Assembly: GCA_964510025.1 (NCBI GenBank)
Contig: CAZDZV010000008.1
Location: 52,452-72,451 of the forward strand
Direction of reading: 5' to 3'
From: an uncultured Methanosarcinales archaeon
GTDB lineage: Archaea > Nanobdellota > Nanobdellia > Woesearchaeales > DATDXC01
Length of the DNA: 20,000 nucleotides
Of the stretch, positions 1-8,300 are shown piece after piece. Every line of letters starts with the position of its first letter. Position 1 is the stretch's first letter. A program made the position numbers and the translations under genes. Under the pieces are notes generated by a model. It was not told the origin of the DNA. It ran no database searches and was given only the letters and a program-made list of their open reading frames with translations.

Positions 1-44
1 CAATCTCCCTATGGTCGACAAATGCTGGGGAAATTCAAACTTGC

Positions 45-93
45 GGAGGCAGCTGCCTCCGGACTGAAAGTCCGGGCCGTGGCGCTTTTTTTT
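45..93 (+). terminator. GC-rich palindrome plus hairpin followed by a T8 run; terminator-like or the end of a structured element
   Basis: Perfect 16-bp palindrome GGAGGCAG|CTGCCTCC (45-60), overlapping hairpin CCGGACT-GAA-AGTCCGG (59-75), T8 at 86-93. Confidence 0.35.
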
Positions 94-141
94 GGAAATA
101 TTTATATATGCTTTTCATAGATAGGCATAATATCAACCAAA

Positions 142-1563
142 TTGATAAAACTTAAGAAGCTATTGTTTTTTGACGGGGCAGGCTGGCTGCTGCTAGTGTT
201 CTTGATTGCCATGGGGCTTATACTAGGCCATTCTAACTTCATAGTAACAGGTTCAGTACTGGGCATCTTATTATGCATCTCCCTAATTATCCACTTCAGC
301 TCAAGGGACATAAAATCCTTCCTCAACAGGGTAGATGCAGAGAGCGAGAACCCGATATTGGTGAGGGAGCTTATGGTCAGGGATGTTTACACAGTGTCAA
401 AGCACGAAAAAGCCATAGATGCCGCTCAGAAGATGGTAAAGCATGATATCGGCGGCATCATAGTAGCAGAGAAAGGCAGGCCAATAGGCGTACTCACAGA
501 AAGGGATTTTATGCGAGAATTCTCAGCAAAAGGGAAAGCTGCCGGAAATGTGCTTGTAATGGACATAATGACCAAAAGCCCAATCACTGTGGGCCCTGAA
601 AAGGATATCTACGAGATTGCCAGGATCATGCTAAGGAGAAGGATAAAGAGGCTGCCGGTCGTCAGCAAGGGAAAGCTGGTAGGGAAGATAAGCCAAACTG
701 ACCTGATAGATAAGCTGGACGATATTAGGGTTGTGAAGCCGATCGTAGACAGGCCATTCTTGACCAAAGAGCTTATGGTCAAGGATGTTATCACTGTTGG
801 CAAAAAGGAAGGTGTGATGGATGCGGCAAAGAAGATGATGAGCCATGATATAGGCAGCATTATCGTAAAAGAGAAGAATCAGCCAATAGGCATACTTACA
901 GAGAGGGACCTGATGAGGGAATTCTCAGCCAAAGACAAGAGCACAGAGAAGAGAGCTGTGAAGGATGCCATGACTTCTGATCTTATATGTGTAACCCCTA
1001 TAACCTCCATCTCCAAGGTCATAGAGATAATGACAAAGCATAAAATAAAGAGGATTCCAGTTGTAGACAATGGCAAGCTTGTGGGCAAGATAAACCAGAC
1101 AGACCTGGTAAGGCATCTTGGCGATGTTCAGATATCCAAGACAATAGAAAATAAGGTAAAGAGGGACAAGAAGTATGATCTGGAACCCGGGCTATATTTT
1201 GACAGGAATTGCTATGGTATATTTGCGGACCAGGTAAAGGCCGGCAAATACGGCCTGTGCCTGACAACGCTTGAGCCATCGGTTGTCAGCAAGAGATATG
1301 AGCTGAGGAGAACACCTATACTGGAGATAAGCTCAGATCTGGAGTATACCTATGATACGATATTGAGGTTTATCTCAAAGGCAAAGAACCCTGTAGTCAT
1401 GCTTGATGGCCTGGAGATGTTTATTGAGGATAATCCCATATCGGAGATTGCTGACTGGTTTTATAAATTGAAGGAAAAGGCAGCAAACAGAAACGCTATA
1501 TTCCTGATGTGCATAGACCCGGACAACAGGGAGCATCTCGCCCTTATGCGGGAATTAAGCTAA
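142..1563 (+). CDS. Membrane protein: 2 N-terminal TM helices, 4 CBS domains (two Bateman modules), C-terminal DUF835-like (degenerate RecA/KaiC-fold) domain
   Basis: Hydrophobic segments at about aa 8-52. Duplicated CBS pairs (ELMVRDV..AAQKMVKHDIGGIIV..GVLTERD / IKRLPVV..GKLVGKISQTDL, occurring twice). C-terminal GLCLT..P..YEL..TPILEIS..VVMLDGLEMFIEDN resembles DUF835. TTG start, with TTTATATA at 101-108. Confidence 0.85.
   Translation: MIKLKKLLFFDGAGWLLLVFLIAMGLILGHSNFIVTGSVLGILLCISLIIHFSSRDIKSFLNRVDAESENPILVRELMVRDVYTVSKHEKAIDAAQKMVKHDIGGIIVAEKGRPIGVLTERDFMREFSAKGKAAGNVLVMDIMTKSPITVGPEKDIYEIARIMLRRRIKRLPVVSKGKLVGKISQTDLIDKLDDIRVVKPIVDRPFLTKELMVKDVITVGKKEGVMDAAKKMMSHDIGSIIVKEKNQPIGILTERDLMREFSAKDKSTEKRAVKDAMTSDLICVTPITSISKVIEIMTKHKIKRIPVVDNGKLVGKINQTDLVRHLGDVQISKTIENKVKRDKKYDLEPGLYFDRNCYGIFADQVKAGKYGLCLTTLEPSVVSKRYELRRTPILEISSDLEYTYDTILRFISKAKNPVVMLDGLEMFIEDNPISEIADWFYKLKEKAANRNAIFLMCIDPDNREHLALMRELS
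367..1130 (+). repeat. Intragenic tandem duplication of the CBS pair (period about 402 nt)
   Basis: GAGCTTATGGTCAGGGATGTT at 367 versus GAGCTTATGGTCAAGGATGTT at 769. DNA similarity continues through both modules. Confidence 0.8.
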
Positions 1564-1565
1564 GA

Positions 1566-1573
1566 TTTAAATA
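1566..1573 (+). promoter_or_regulatory. Archaeal TATA box for tRNA-Glu
   Basis: TTTAAATA ending about 28 nt upstream of the tRNA 5' end at 1601. Confidence 0.6.
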
Positions 1574-1600
1574 TTGGCTGGGATTTTCATCAGCTGGAGC

Positions 1601-1759
1601 GCCCCCATAGTGTAGTCCGGCCAAGCATAAGGGCTTCTCGAAGCCGGTTACGCTCGGTTGACACGCAAGGGTCTGCAGCATCGCCAAGGCCCAAGCTCAA
1701 CTTTCGATGTAACCAGTCAGAAAAAGCCTTTGACGTGGGTTCAAATCCCGCTGGGGGCA
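1601..1759 (+). tRNA. tRNA-Glu(CTC) with 84-nt intron at canonical position 37/38 (intron 1641-1724)
   Basis: Acceptor stem GCCCCCA/TGGGGGC plus discriminator A. Anticodon stem AGGGC/GCCTT with loop TT-CTC-G|intron|A. T arm GTGGG-TTCAAAT-CCCGC. BHB: central helix TTCT(1635-38)/AGAA(1719-22), bulges CG|A and AA|A. No encoded CCA. Confidence 0.95.
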
Positions 1760-1799
1760 TACCGAAACCTTTTTTAAGGATGATGGCTATATTCTGATC

Positions 1800-3734
1800 A
1801 TGAAGACTATCGGCAAAAAAACTATGGTGAAGGCTTTTGACCTGTTCAAGAAAGAGGCAGAGCGATGGTATAGGATTGTCAGGAAATTCAGCATCCCTGA
1901 CACAGAGCCGAAAAGAACAAATCAGAGGACCATGCGCCTTACCTTTGACAATAAAAGAAAGTCCATAAAGTCAAAGCTTGTCTACCTTTATGGCGCCCAG
2001 AGAGGGACAGATACCTTTGAGAGCATAGAAAGGAAGCTTGCTGCTTTCATCAAGAAAAAGCCGAGAAAACTAAAGCAGAGAGATGCAAGGTTCAACCCAA
2101 GGGACAGGTTCACCGAGAAGGATAGCATACTTATAACCTACCCTGATTCAATTTTGGAGGATAGGGCAACACTGAAATCCCTGAAGAAGTTTCTGGATAA
2201 GCACCTGAAAGGCATCATCAACTCCATACATATCCTGCCTTTCTATCCTTTTTCTTCAGACAGGGGGTTTTCTGTAAAGAACTACAAGAAGGTCAAGAAG
2301 GAATTCGGCAGCTGGGATGACGTAAGGAACCTGGAAGAAAACTTCAAGCTGATGTTCGATGGCGTATTCAACCATATCTCCAGGAAAAGCCGCTGGTTCA
2401 GGCAATTCCTCAGGGCCAACCCTCTTTACCAGAACCATTTCATAGCTTTCGGCAAGAAGAGCGATATATCATCAGAGGATATGAAAAAGATTGTCCGGCC
2501 GAGAACATCTGAGCTTCTTAGCGAATTCAAGACAAAGCAAGGAAAGATATATGTCTGGACGACATTTAGCAGGGACCAGGTGGACCTTAATTTTAAGGAG
2601 CCAAGGGTTTTGCTCCGTATATTGGATGTGCTGTTCAGGTACATAAGAAACGGGGCATCCTTGGTGAGGATAGACGCTGCCAACTATTTTTGGAAAGAGC
2701 TGGGAACATCATGCAGCAACCTCAAACAGACGCATGTGATAATACAGCTGCTAAGGGATATACTGGACATTGCAGCGCCGTCTGTGTCGATTGTTACCGA
2801 GACAAATATAATACATTCCCTGAACAAAAGCTATTTTGGCAACGGCAGGAATGAGGCGCAGATGGTTTATAATTTCACCCTGCCGCCGCTTGTGCTGTAT
2901 TCATTCTATAAAGGAAGCGTAAAATACCTAAGCAAATGGGCTTCCAGGCTGGAAAATATAAGCGATCACTGCACATGGTTTAATTTTCTGGCATCCCATG
3001 ATGGCATAGGGCTTACTCCAGCCAAAAGGATACTGCCTAAGAAGGAAGTTGCTTTTTTAATAAAACAGGCCAAGAAGCATGGAAGCCTTGTGCAGAACAA
3101 GACTCAGGCAGGCAGGCTAATACCTTATGAGCTCAATATAACATGGTGGAATGCAATAAATGATGACAAGAAAGAAGAGCTAAAAGGGCTTAAGCTGAAA
3201 AGGTATCTGGCTTCCAGAGCGATAGCACTAAGCCTAAAAGGTGTCCCTGGGATATATATCCACAGTCTTTTTGGCACAAAAAATGACTCTGAAGCTGTAA
3301 CAAAGTCAAAGGTCAACAGGGATATCAACAGGAAGAACCTAGTGCTGAAGAAGCTGGAAAAGGAAATCGAGTCCGACAGCCTGACAAGCAGAGTGTTTGA
3401 TGGATTGACCAACCTGATAAAAATCCGGACAGCCTGCAGCGCATTTCACCCCCAGTCAGAGCAGAAAATCCTAATGGAGAACGAGTCTGTTTTTTCTGTG
3501 CTGAGGACCTCCATATCGGGAGAGGAGAAAATACTGGCATTAATCAACGTTACAGACAGGTATGTTGATTTCACCGTCAACTGCAGGAAACTGAAGCTTA
3601 ACAGCAAAAGCCTTATTGACCTGGTCAGCAGAAGGAAGATTTTACCAGCTGACAGACGGATATCTGTCAATGAATTCGATATAAGGCTAGGCCCGTACGA
3701 TATCATGTGGATTTCAAGTAAATATTTAAAGTGA
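1800..3734 (+). CDS. GH13_18 sugar phosphorylase, glucosylglycerate phosphorylase (YcjM)-like
   Basis: Motifs LITYPDS, IHILPFYPFSSDRGF, DGVFNHIS, RPRT..LL, WTTFSRDQVDLNF, RIDA (nucleophile Asp), TETN (acid/base Glu), YNFTLPPL, FNFLASHDGIG, PYELNITW, GVPGIYIHSL. A BRE/TATA-like GAAACCTTTTTTTAAG at about 1764-1779 supports a near-leaderless start at 1800. Confidence 0.9.
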   Translation: MKTIGKKTMVKAFDLFKKEAERWYRIVRKFSIPDTEPKRTNQRTMRLTFDNKRKSIKSKLVYLYGAQRGTDTFESIERKLAAFIKKKPRKLKQRDARFNPRDRFTEKDSILITYPDSILEDRATLKSLKKFLDKHLKGIINSIHILPFYPFSSDRGFSVKNYKKVKKEFGSWDDVRNLEENFKLMFDGVFNHISRKSRWFRQFLRANPLYQNHFIAFGKKSDISSEDMKKIVRPRTSELLSEFKTKQGKIYVWTTFSRDQVDLNFKEPRVLLRILDVLFRYIRNGASLVRIDAANYFWKELGTSCSNLKQTHVIIQLLRDILDIAAPSVSIVTETNIIHSLNKSYFGNGRNEAQMVYNFTLPPLVLYSFYKGSVKYLSKWASRLENISDHCTWFNFLASHDGIGLTPAKRILPKKEVAFLIKQAKKHGSLVQNKTQAGRLIPYELNITWWNAINDDKKEELKGLKLKRYLASRAIALSLKGVPGIYIHSLFGTKNDSEAVTKSKVNRDINRKNLVLKKLEKEIESDSLTSRVFDGLTNLIKIRTACSAFHPQSEQKILMENESVFSVLRTSISGEEKILALINVTDRYVDFTVNCRKLKLNSKSLIDLVSRRKILPADRRISVNEFDIRLGPYDIMWISSKYLK

Positions 3735-3754
3735 GGGATATTCCTGCGTTTTGC

Positions 3755-3865
3755 GCCAAGGTGCCAGAATCCGGTCAATGGGCTCGCCTCGAGAGCGAGT
3801 TGGCTTCGGCCTATCCAGGTTCAAATATAACGAGAAATCGTCTGTTGGAAATCCTGGCCTTGGCG
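3755..3865 (+). tRNA. tRNA-Ser(CGA) with 26-nt non-canonical intron in the T-loop at 59/60 (intron 3826-3851)
   Basis: Acceptor stem GCCAAGG/CCTTGGC plus discriminator G. Anticodon arm CTCGC-CT-CGA-GA-GCGAG. Long variable arm GGC-TTCG-GCC. T stem CCAGG/CCTGG is interrupted by an insert forming a full BHB. TATTTAAA promoter at about 3723-3730. Confidence 0.93.
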
Positions 3866-3891
3866 TTTCCATTCCATAATAGTCATAAACC

Positions 3892-3899
3892 TTTATAAA
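3892..3899 (+). promoter_or_regulatory. TATA box (with A-rich BRE) for the nucleotidyltransferase gene
   Basis: AAACC-TTTATAAA, followed by a GGATGGTGG SD-like sequence before ATG 3933. Confidence 0.6.
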
Positions 3900-3932
3900 G
3901 CTATTTTCTAATTCAGATGCAGGGATGGTGGA

Positions 3933-4736
3933 ATGAAGGTCAGCATAGAGAAAAAAGTAAATCCTAACTTAGAGAGATACAGAAAAGAGGATCTTGACCT
4001 AGCGTATAAATTCACCAAAGACCTCCATAAAGAGCTGCAGACATTTGTCAAGGCTGTCGTGCTTTTTGGCTCAGCAGCAAGAAAGACAGAAGAAAAGGGC
4101 TCAGATATCGACCTTCTGGTTGTTATCGATGACCTTAGCATCCATGTCAATAGAGACCTGGTCGAGGCATACCGTATCATTGTCCAGAAGATAATAGCCA
4201 ATGTATCCACAAGGCTGCATATCACGTCGTTAAGGCTCACCTCCTTCTGGGAATATGTGAGGAACGGAGATCCTATAGGGATAAATATACTGAGGGACGG
4301 CGTCCCCCTGATAGACACAGGATTCTTTGAGCCATTGCAGGTGCTTCTCAGGCAGGGAAGAGTAAGGCCTACAGAAGAAAGCATATGGACATATTTCATG
4401 CGGGCCCCCAATACGCTGCATAATTCAAAATGGCATATAATGCAGGCGGTTGTGGACCTGTACTGGGCAGTAATAGACGCTGCTCATGCTGCACTGATGA
4501 AAGTTGGGGAGATACCGCCAAGCCCAAACCATGTAGCTGACCTGATGGAGAAGAAGATGGTGAGGAAGAAATTGCTGGAGCATAAATATGTAATAACGAT
4601 GCGTAATTTCTACAGGCTTGCCAAGATGATAGGTCACAGGCAGATTTCAGAGATCAAGGGCCAGCAATTTGACAAATATTTCAAGGAAGCTGAGGAATTC
4701 ATAGGCAGGATGAAGAAGTTCATAGATATCCAATAA
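3933..4736 (+). CDS. Minimal nucleotidyltransferase (Pol-beta fold) fused to a HEPN-like helical domain
   Basis: VVLFGSAAR..GSDIDLLVVIDD (GS plus DxD). C-terminal AVVDLYWAVIDAAHAAL..PPSPNHV..FYRLAKMIGH (R-x6-H) resembles HEPN/DUF86-type domains. Confidence 0.8.
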   Translation: MKVSIEKKVNPNLERYRKEDLDLAYKFTKDLHKELQTFVKAVVLFGSAARKTEEKGSDIDLLVVIDDLSIHVNRDLVEAYRIIVQKIIANVSTRLHITSLRLTSFWEYVRNGDPIGINILRDGVPLIDTGFFEPLQVLLRQGRVRPTEESIWTYFMRAPNTLHNSKWHIMQAVVDLYWAVIDAAHAALMKVGEIPPSPNHVADLMEKKMVRKKLLEHKYVITMRNFYRLAKMIGHRQISEIKGQQFDKYFKEAEEFIGRMKKFIDIQ

Positions 4737-4767
4737 TTTTAAATTCTCATCAGGTTTCTTAGGATAT

Positions 4768-5334
4768 ATGGGATTTGACCTTGACAAAAAAAATGCCCTG
4801 AACAAAACAGACAAATCGAAAAAGAAAGGCATAGATAAAAACATATCCAAGCTGGTAGCGCTTCTCAATTCTAAGAATGATTTTTACACCACAAGCAGCT
4901 GCGCAGGAAGAATACTGCTGATATCCTTTCCTGAAAATAACAGGAAATATAATGTCAAATGGCTTTTTATCAGCCATGAGGGGGCCAGATTTGAGGACGT
5001 AAAAATATCTCTGGAGGGCAGTGATTTTGAGGATATCTGGCTGAAGCAGGAAGCTATGATAATGCATGTCTGCTGCAGGAACCTGAGGAGCGCTTCAAAG
5101 CTGATAGAGACAGCCAGGCATCTGGGATTTAAAAGGTCAGGGATAAACACAATGGCAAAAAGGATCGTCCTAGAGCTTGTAAGCACCGAGAACATGGAAA
5201 CGCCTATAGCTAAAAAAGGAAGGCTTCTAGTGGATGACAAATATCTCAAAATACTGTTGACGGAGGCCAATTCTAAGCTAAGAAGAACACATGAAAAAAT
5301 AAAAAAGCTGTACGAGGAACTATCTTCTCTTTAG
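4768..5334 (+). CDS. taw3: tRNA wyosine-synthesis methyltransferase Taw3/TYW3
   Basis: D.S.KGID, FYTTSSCAGRI signature, WLFISHE, MHVCCR, GFKRSG, E.METPI. TTTTAAAT about 24 nt upstream suggests leaderless transcription. Overlaps the convergent gene by 15 nt. Confidence 0.92.
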   Translation: MGFDLDKKNALNKTDKSKKKGIDKNISKLVALLNSKNDFYTTSSCAGRILLISFPENNRKYNVKWLFISHEGARFEDVKISLEGSDFEDIWLKQEAMIMHVCCRNLRSASKLIETARHLGFKRSGINTMAKRIVLELVSTENMETPIAKKGRLLVDDKYLKILLTEANSKLRRTHEKIKKLYEELSSL

Positions 5335-8300
5335 GATCATCACTGCTGCCCCAATGGCATAAATGACCGCCCCAAGCAGGATAATCATGACGATAACCAG
5401 CAGAGTCATGTAGTCTCCACTATCCCTGAAGGTTATTGTTGTGGGTTGCTTTGGAACTGTTGTCGGTGTAGGGTATATGTCGCTATCACCAGGCAGGATC
5501 TGGACATCTACTATGTCTTCCTCTTCTTCCTCATCCTCTTCAGGAACAGCTGCGCATTTCTGCACCGTGAGATAAAGTATCTCGGTCTCCACCTCGTCTC
5601 CATCATCATACTCGACTTCTATAGTGACCGGATAGCTGCCTTGTTCGAGATCATCATCTATAACAAAGGTGTATCTTTTTTCATATTCGTTGTCATCATC
5701 ATCGATGTCCTCACTGAGGTCGAAGGTGTTCCTTTCATCTAAGCCCAGCTGGCTGCTTTTTACTGTCAGCTCAACATCTTCCTCCTCTTCTGAGCCTATA
5801 TTCCTTATGCCTACATCCAGTCCAACGACCCTATTGCAGCTGATTACTGAAGGCGACAGGTCTGCTTCGAATATCTTAAGCATGTGCTTGTCTTTTTCTA
5901 CCTCCAGCTCTAATGTCCAATCGATCTCACTGCCGTCGTCCCCTTCTATATGTATCCTTATCTCATAGACATCCTCTTCAACCTTTTCAGGAACCTGGAA
6001 CTCGATCTCAATCCTTTCATCTTTTCCGTCTTTTATCTCATCTATAGTATCGTCTTCCTCCAGATCATCGCCGTCATCTATGTCAACTATAGTCACCTCT
6101 ACATCAATATCTTCGATATCCTCATCTCCGATATTCTTGATCTCTATATCCAGCTCAACAGTCTCTCCAGGCTTTGCCTCGTCGCTGATTGTCTCCCCGT
6201 TATTAAGGTTGGAATCCTTGTTTCCATTTACCTTTACATCCAGGTCTGTTATCCTAAGGTACCCGACTGCGCCATCATCTTCACCCTCAACCACCTTAAT
6301 AGCAACCGTGTCCTCCCCTATAAGGCCAGCGCTATCAACTACGACTAGCCCAAACTCGTAATCTCCAAGAACGGTAGGGGTGAACTTTGCCTGGAAATCG
6401 ACGCCAGTGGTTGACAGATTGACAGTCTGCGGGCCGGATATCTGAGCCCATATATAAGCCACAATATCCCCATCAGGATCTGAGGAGCCCGAACCGTCCA
6501 ATATGACTTCTGAGTCCACATCGACTGTCCTGTCGCTGCCTGCATCTGCTGCAGGCGGGTTTGATATGTTGACGAAAAACATCGAAAAGTGAGGTATCTC
6601 AAATGTCAAGGTACCGTTGGCATAATCCTTGCCGGAGCAAATGCTGCCCGGGCATGCTATGCCTGTGTCAGCTGCAAATCCGCTGTTGTAAAGGATCTCA
6701 GGCTGCTCTACAAATGGAAGCTGATACATGCTGTTATCAGATGGTGTAGACTGGAAAACAGTGAATGCATCGGAATCGATCCCAAGCTTGCCGAGCGATA
6801 GCTCTACATACCTGTCAACATCCACCACATTACTTAGGTCTATTGTCTGGTTACCGAAATCAATCTTTCCAAACTCATTTTCTATGGTCAGGCCGGTAAA
6901 GGCATTCACGTTGGATTCATTTACATCGTTAATCGTACCGCCGTAAGTTGTAATAGGTATCAGGCTTACCTGCACGGTCCATTCTTTTCTGTCAAACGTA
7001 TCTGTTGCGTTTGACACATTGGCAACAACATCGAATGTTCCTGCTGTAGCCTTGTTGAACTGGAAATCCGCTCCAGTATCTTCCAGCACATCCTCTATAT
7101 ACCAATTTATGCTGTGGGCTATACCGTCTGGGTCTGCCACATCCACATGGAAATCTAGGTTCAAGCCATCACCCACCAGCAAGTATGCTTGTGTCGGCAG
7201 AGCATCCTTTATATATGGCAGATCATCGAAGAGCTGGTTCACGGTCACCAATATATCCTGGGAATCGACAAATTCGCCGTCGCTGACATTAAGCGTTATC
7301 GTTTCGCTCCCATACCAGTCATCCTCCAATGTTCCAAATGTGATGACCTTGTTAGGGGCGATGCTCACTGTGATGTTCTTGTTGCCAGACCATGTCCATA
7401 TAAGGTTATCACTGTCTATGTCCTCTGCATAGTCGTCCAAGTCAAGGCTGCTGTTTGTCCCATCCTCGTCAAATTCCACATCTGGTATCGCTTCAGCTAT
7501 GAATGGCGGATCATTTACAGGCTCTACAGTTATCCTGAACAAGCTGTATTCAGTATAGCTTCCTGTCGCGCTTATGTTGACATCAGAATGGCCAGTAGCA
7601 TTCGCAGAGGGCTTTCCACAGTCAACATATCTGTTGGCGTTTATTGAACAGCTTATCAATGAGCTGTTGGACTGAGATTCAACTGAATAAGTGAAATGGC
7701 TTCCAGGGTAGTTTGGATCATCTGTATAGTTCCAAAGGTCAATCCAGTTTGAAGCTGGCTCTGTGTCTTCATCTACGCTGAAATCGGGGATGCCAAAGCA
7801 TTCTGATACTTCAAGATATACATTTTCCTGTATCGTTTCCGTATAGAACCAGGTAACCTCTATGCTGACAGCGTAGCTGCCAGGATCATCTTTTGTCGTG
7901 TTGATATTGTATGTTTTTCTGATGGACGTGTTCTTGTCTATCGCAAACTGCTCCTCTATATCAATTCCCAGCTGTTCGCTGCTTACCCTGATGGTGTTTC
8001 CGTTTATCTGGTCCTTGCTTCCCCTATTGGTAATGTTAAAGGATAATACTGCTTCCTTGACACAGCCAACCTCATCAGGTGTCAGGTTGACATCTTCAAC
8101 GATCACATCATTATTGTCTTTTTTAACATCTATATATATTGTCCTTTCAACAATGCGAAGAATATGGTCTTCATCTTCCCCTATGCCTTTTATATGGAGG
8201 GGATAAACCTCCTCTCCTATTATATTTGGAAGGCTGAACTGAAGAGTGACTGTCTCTGTCTGATCCGGCTCAAGCTTTGGAATAAGTGAGGATTCCTGGA

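Noticed and set aside
59..75. RNase P RNA (GAAAGTCC resembles the P4 motif)
   Set aside because: It lacks the GAGGAAAGTCC context and is followed directly by a T-run and a CDS, leaving no room for the rest of the RNA.
1641..1724. C/D box guide RNA inside the tRNA-Glu intron
   Set aside because: No RTGATGA or CTGA boxes are present.
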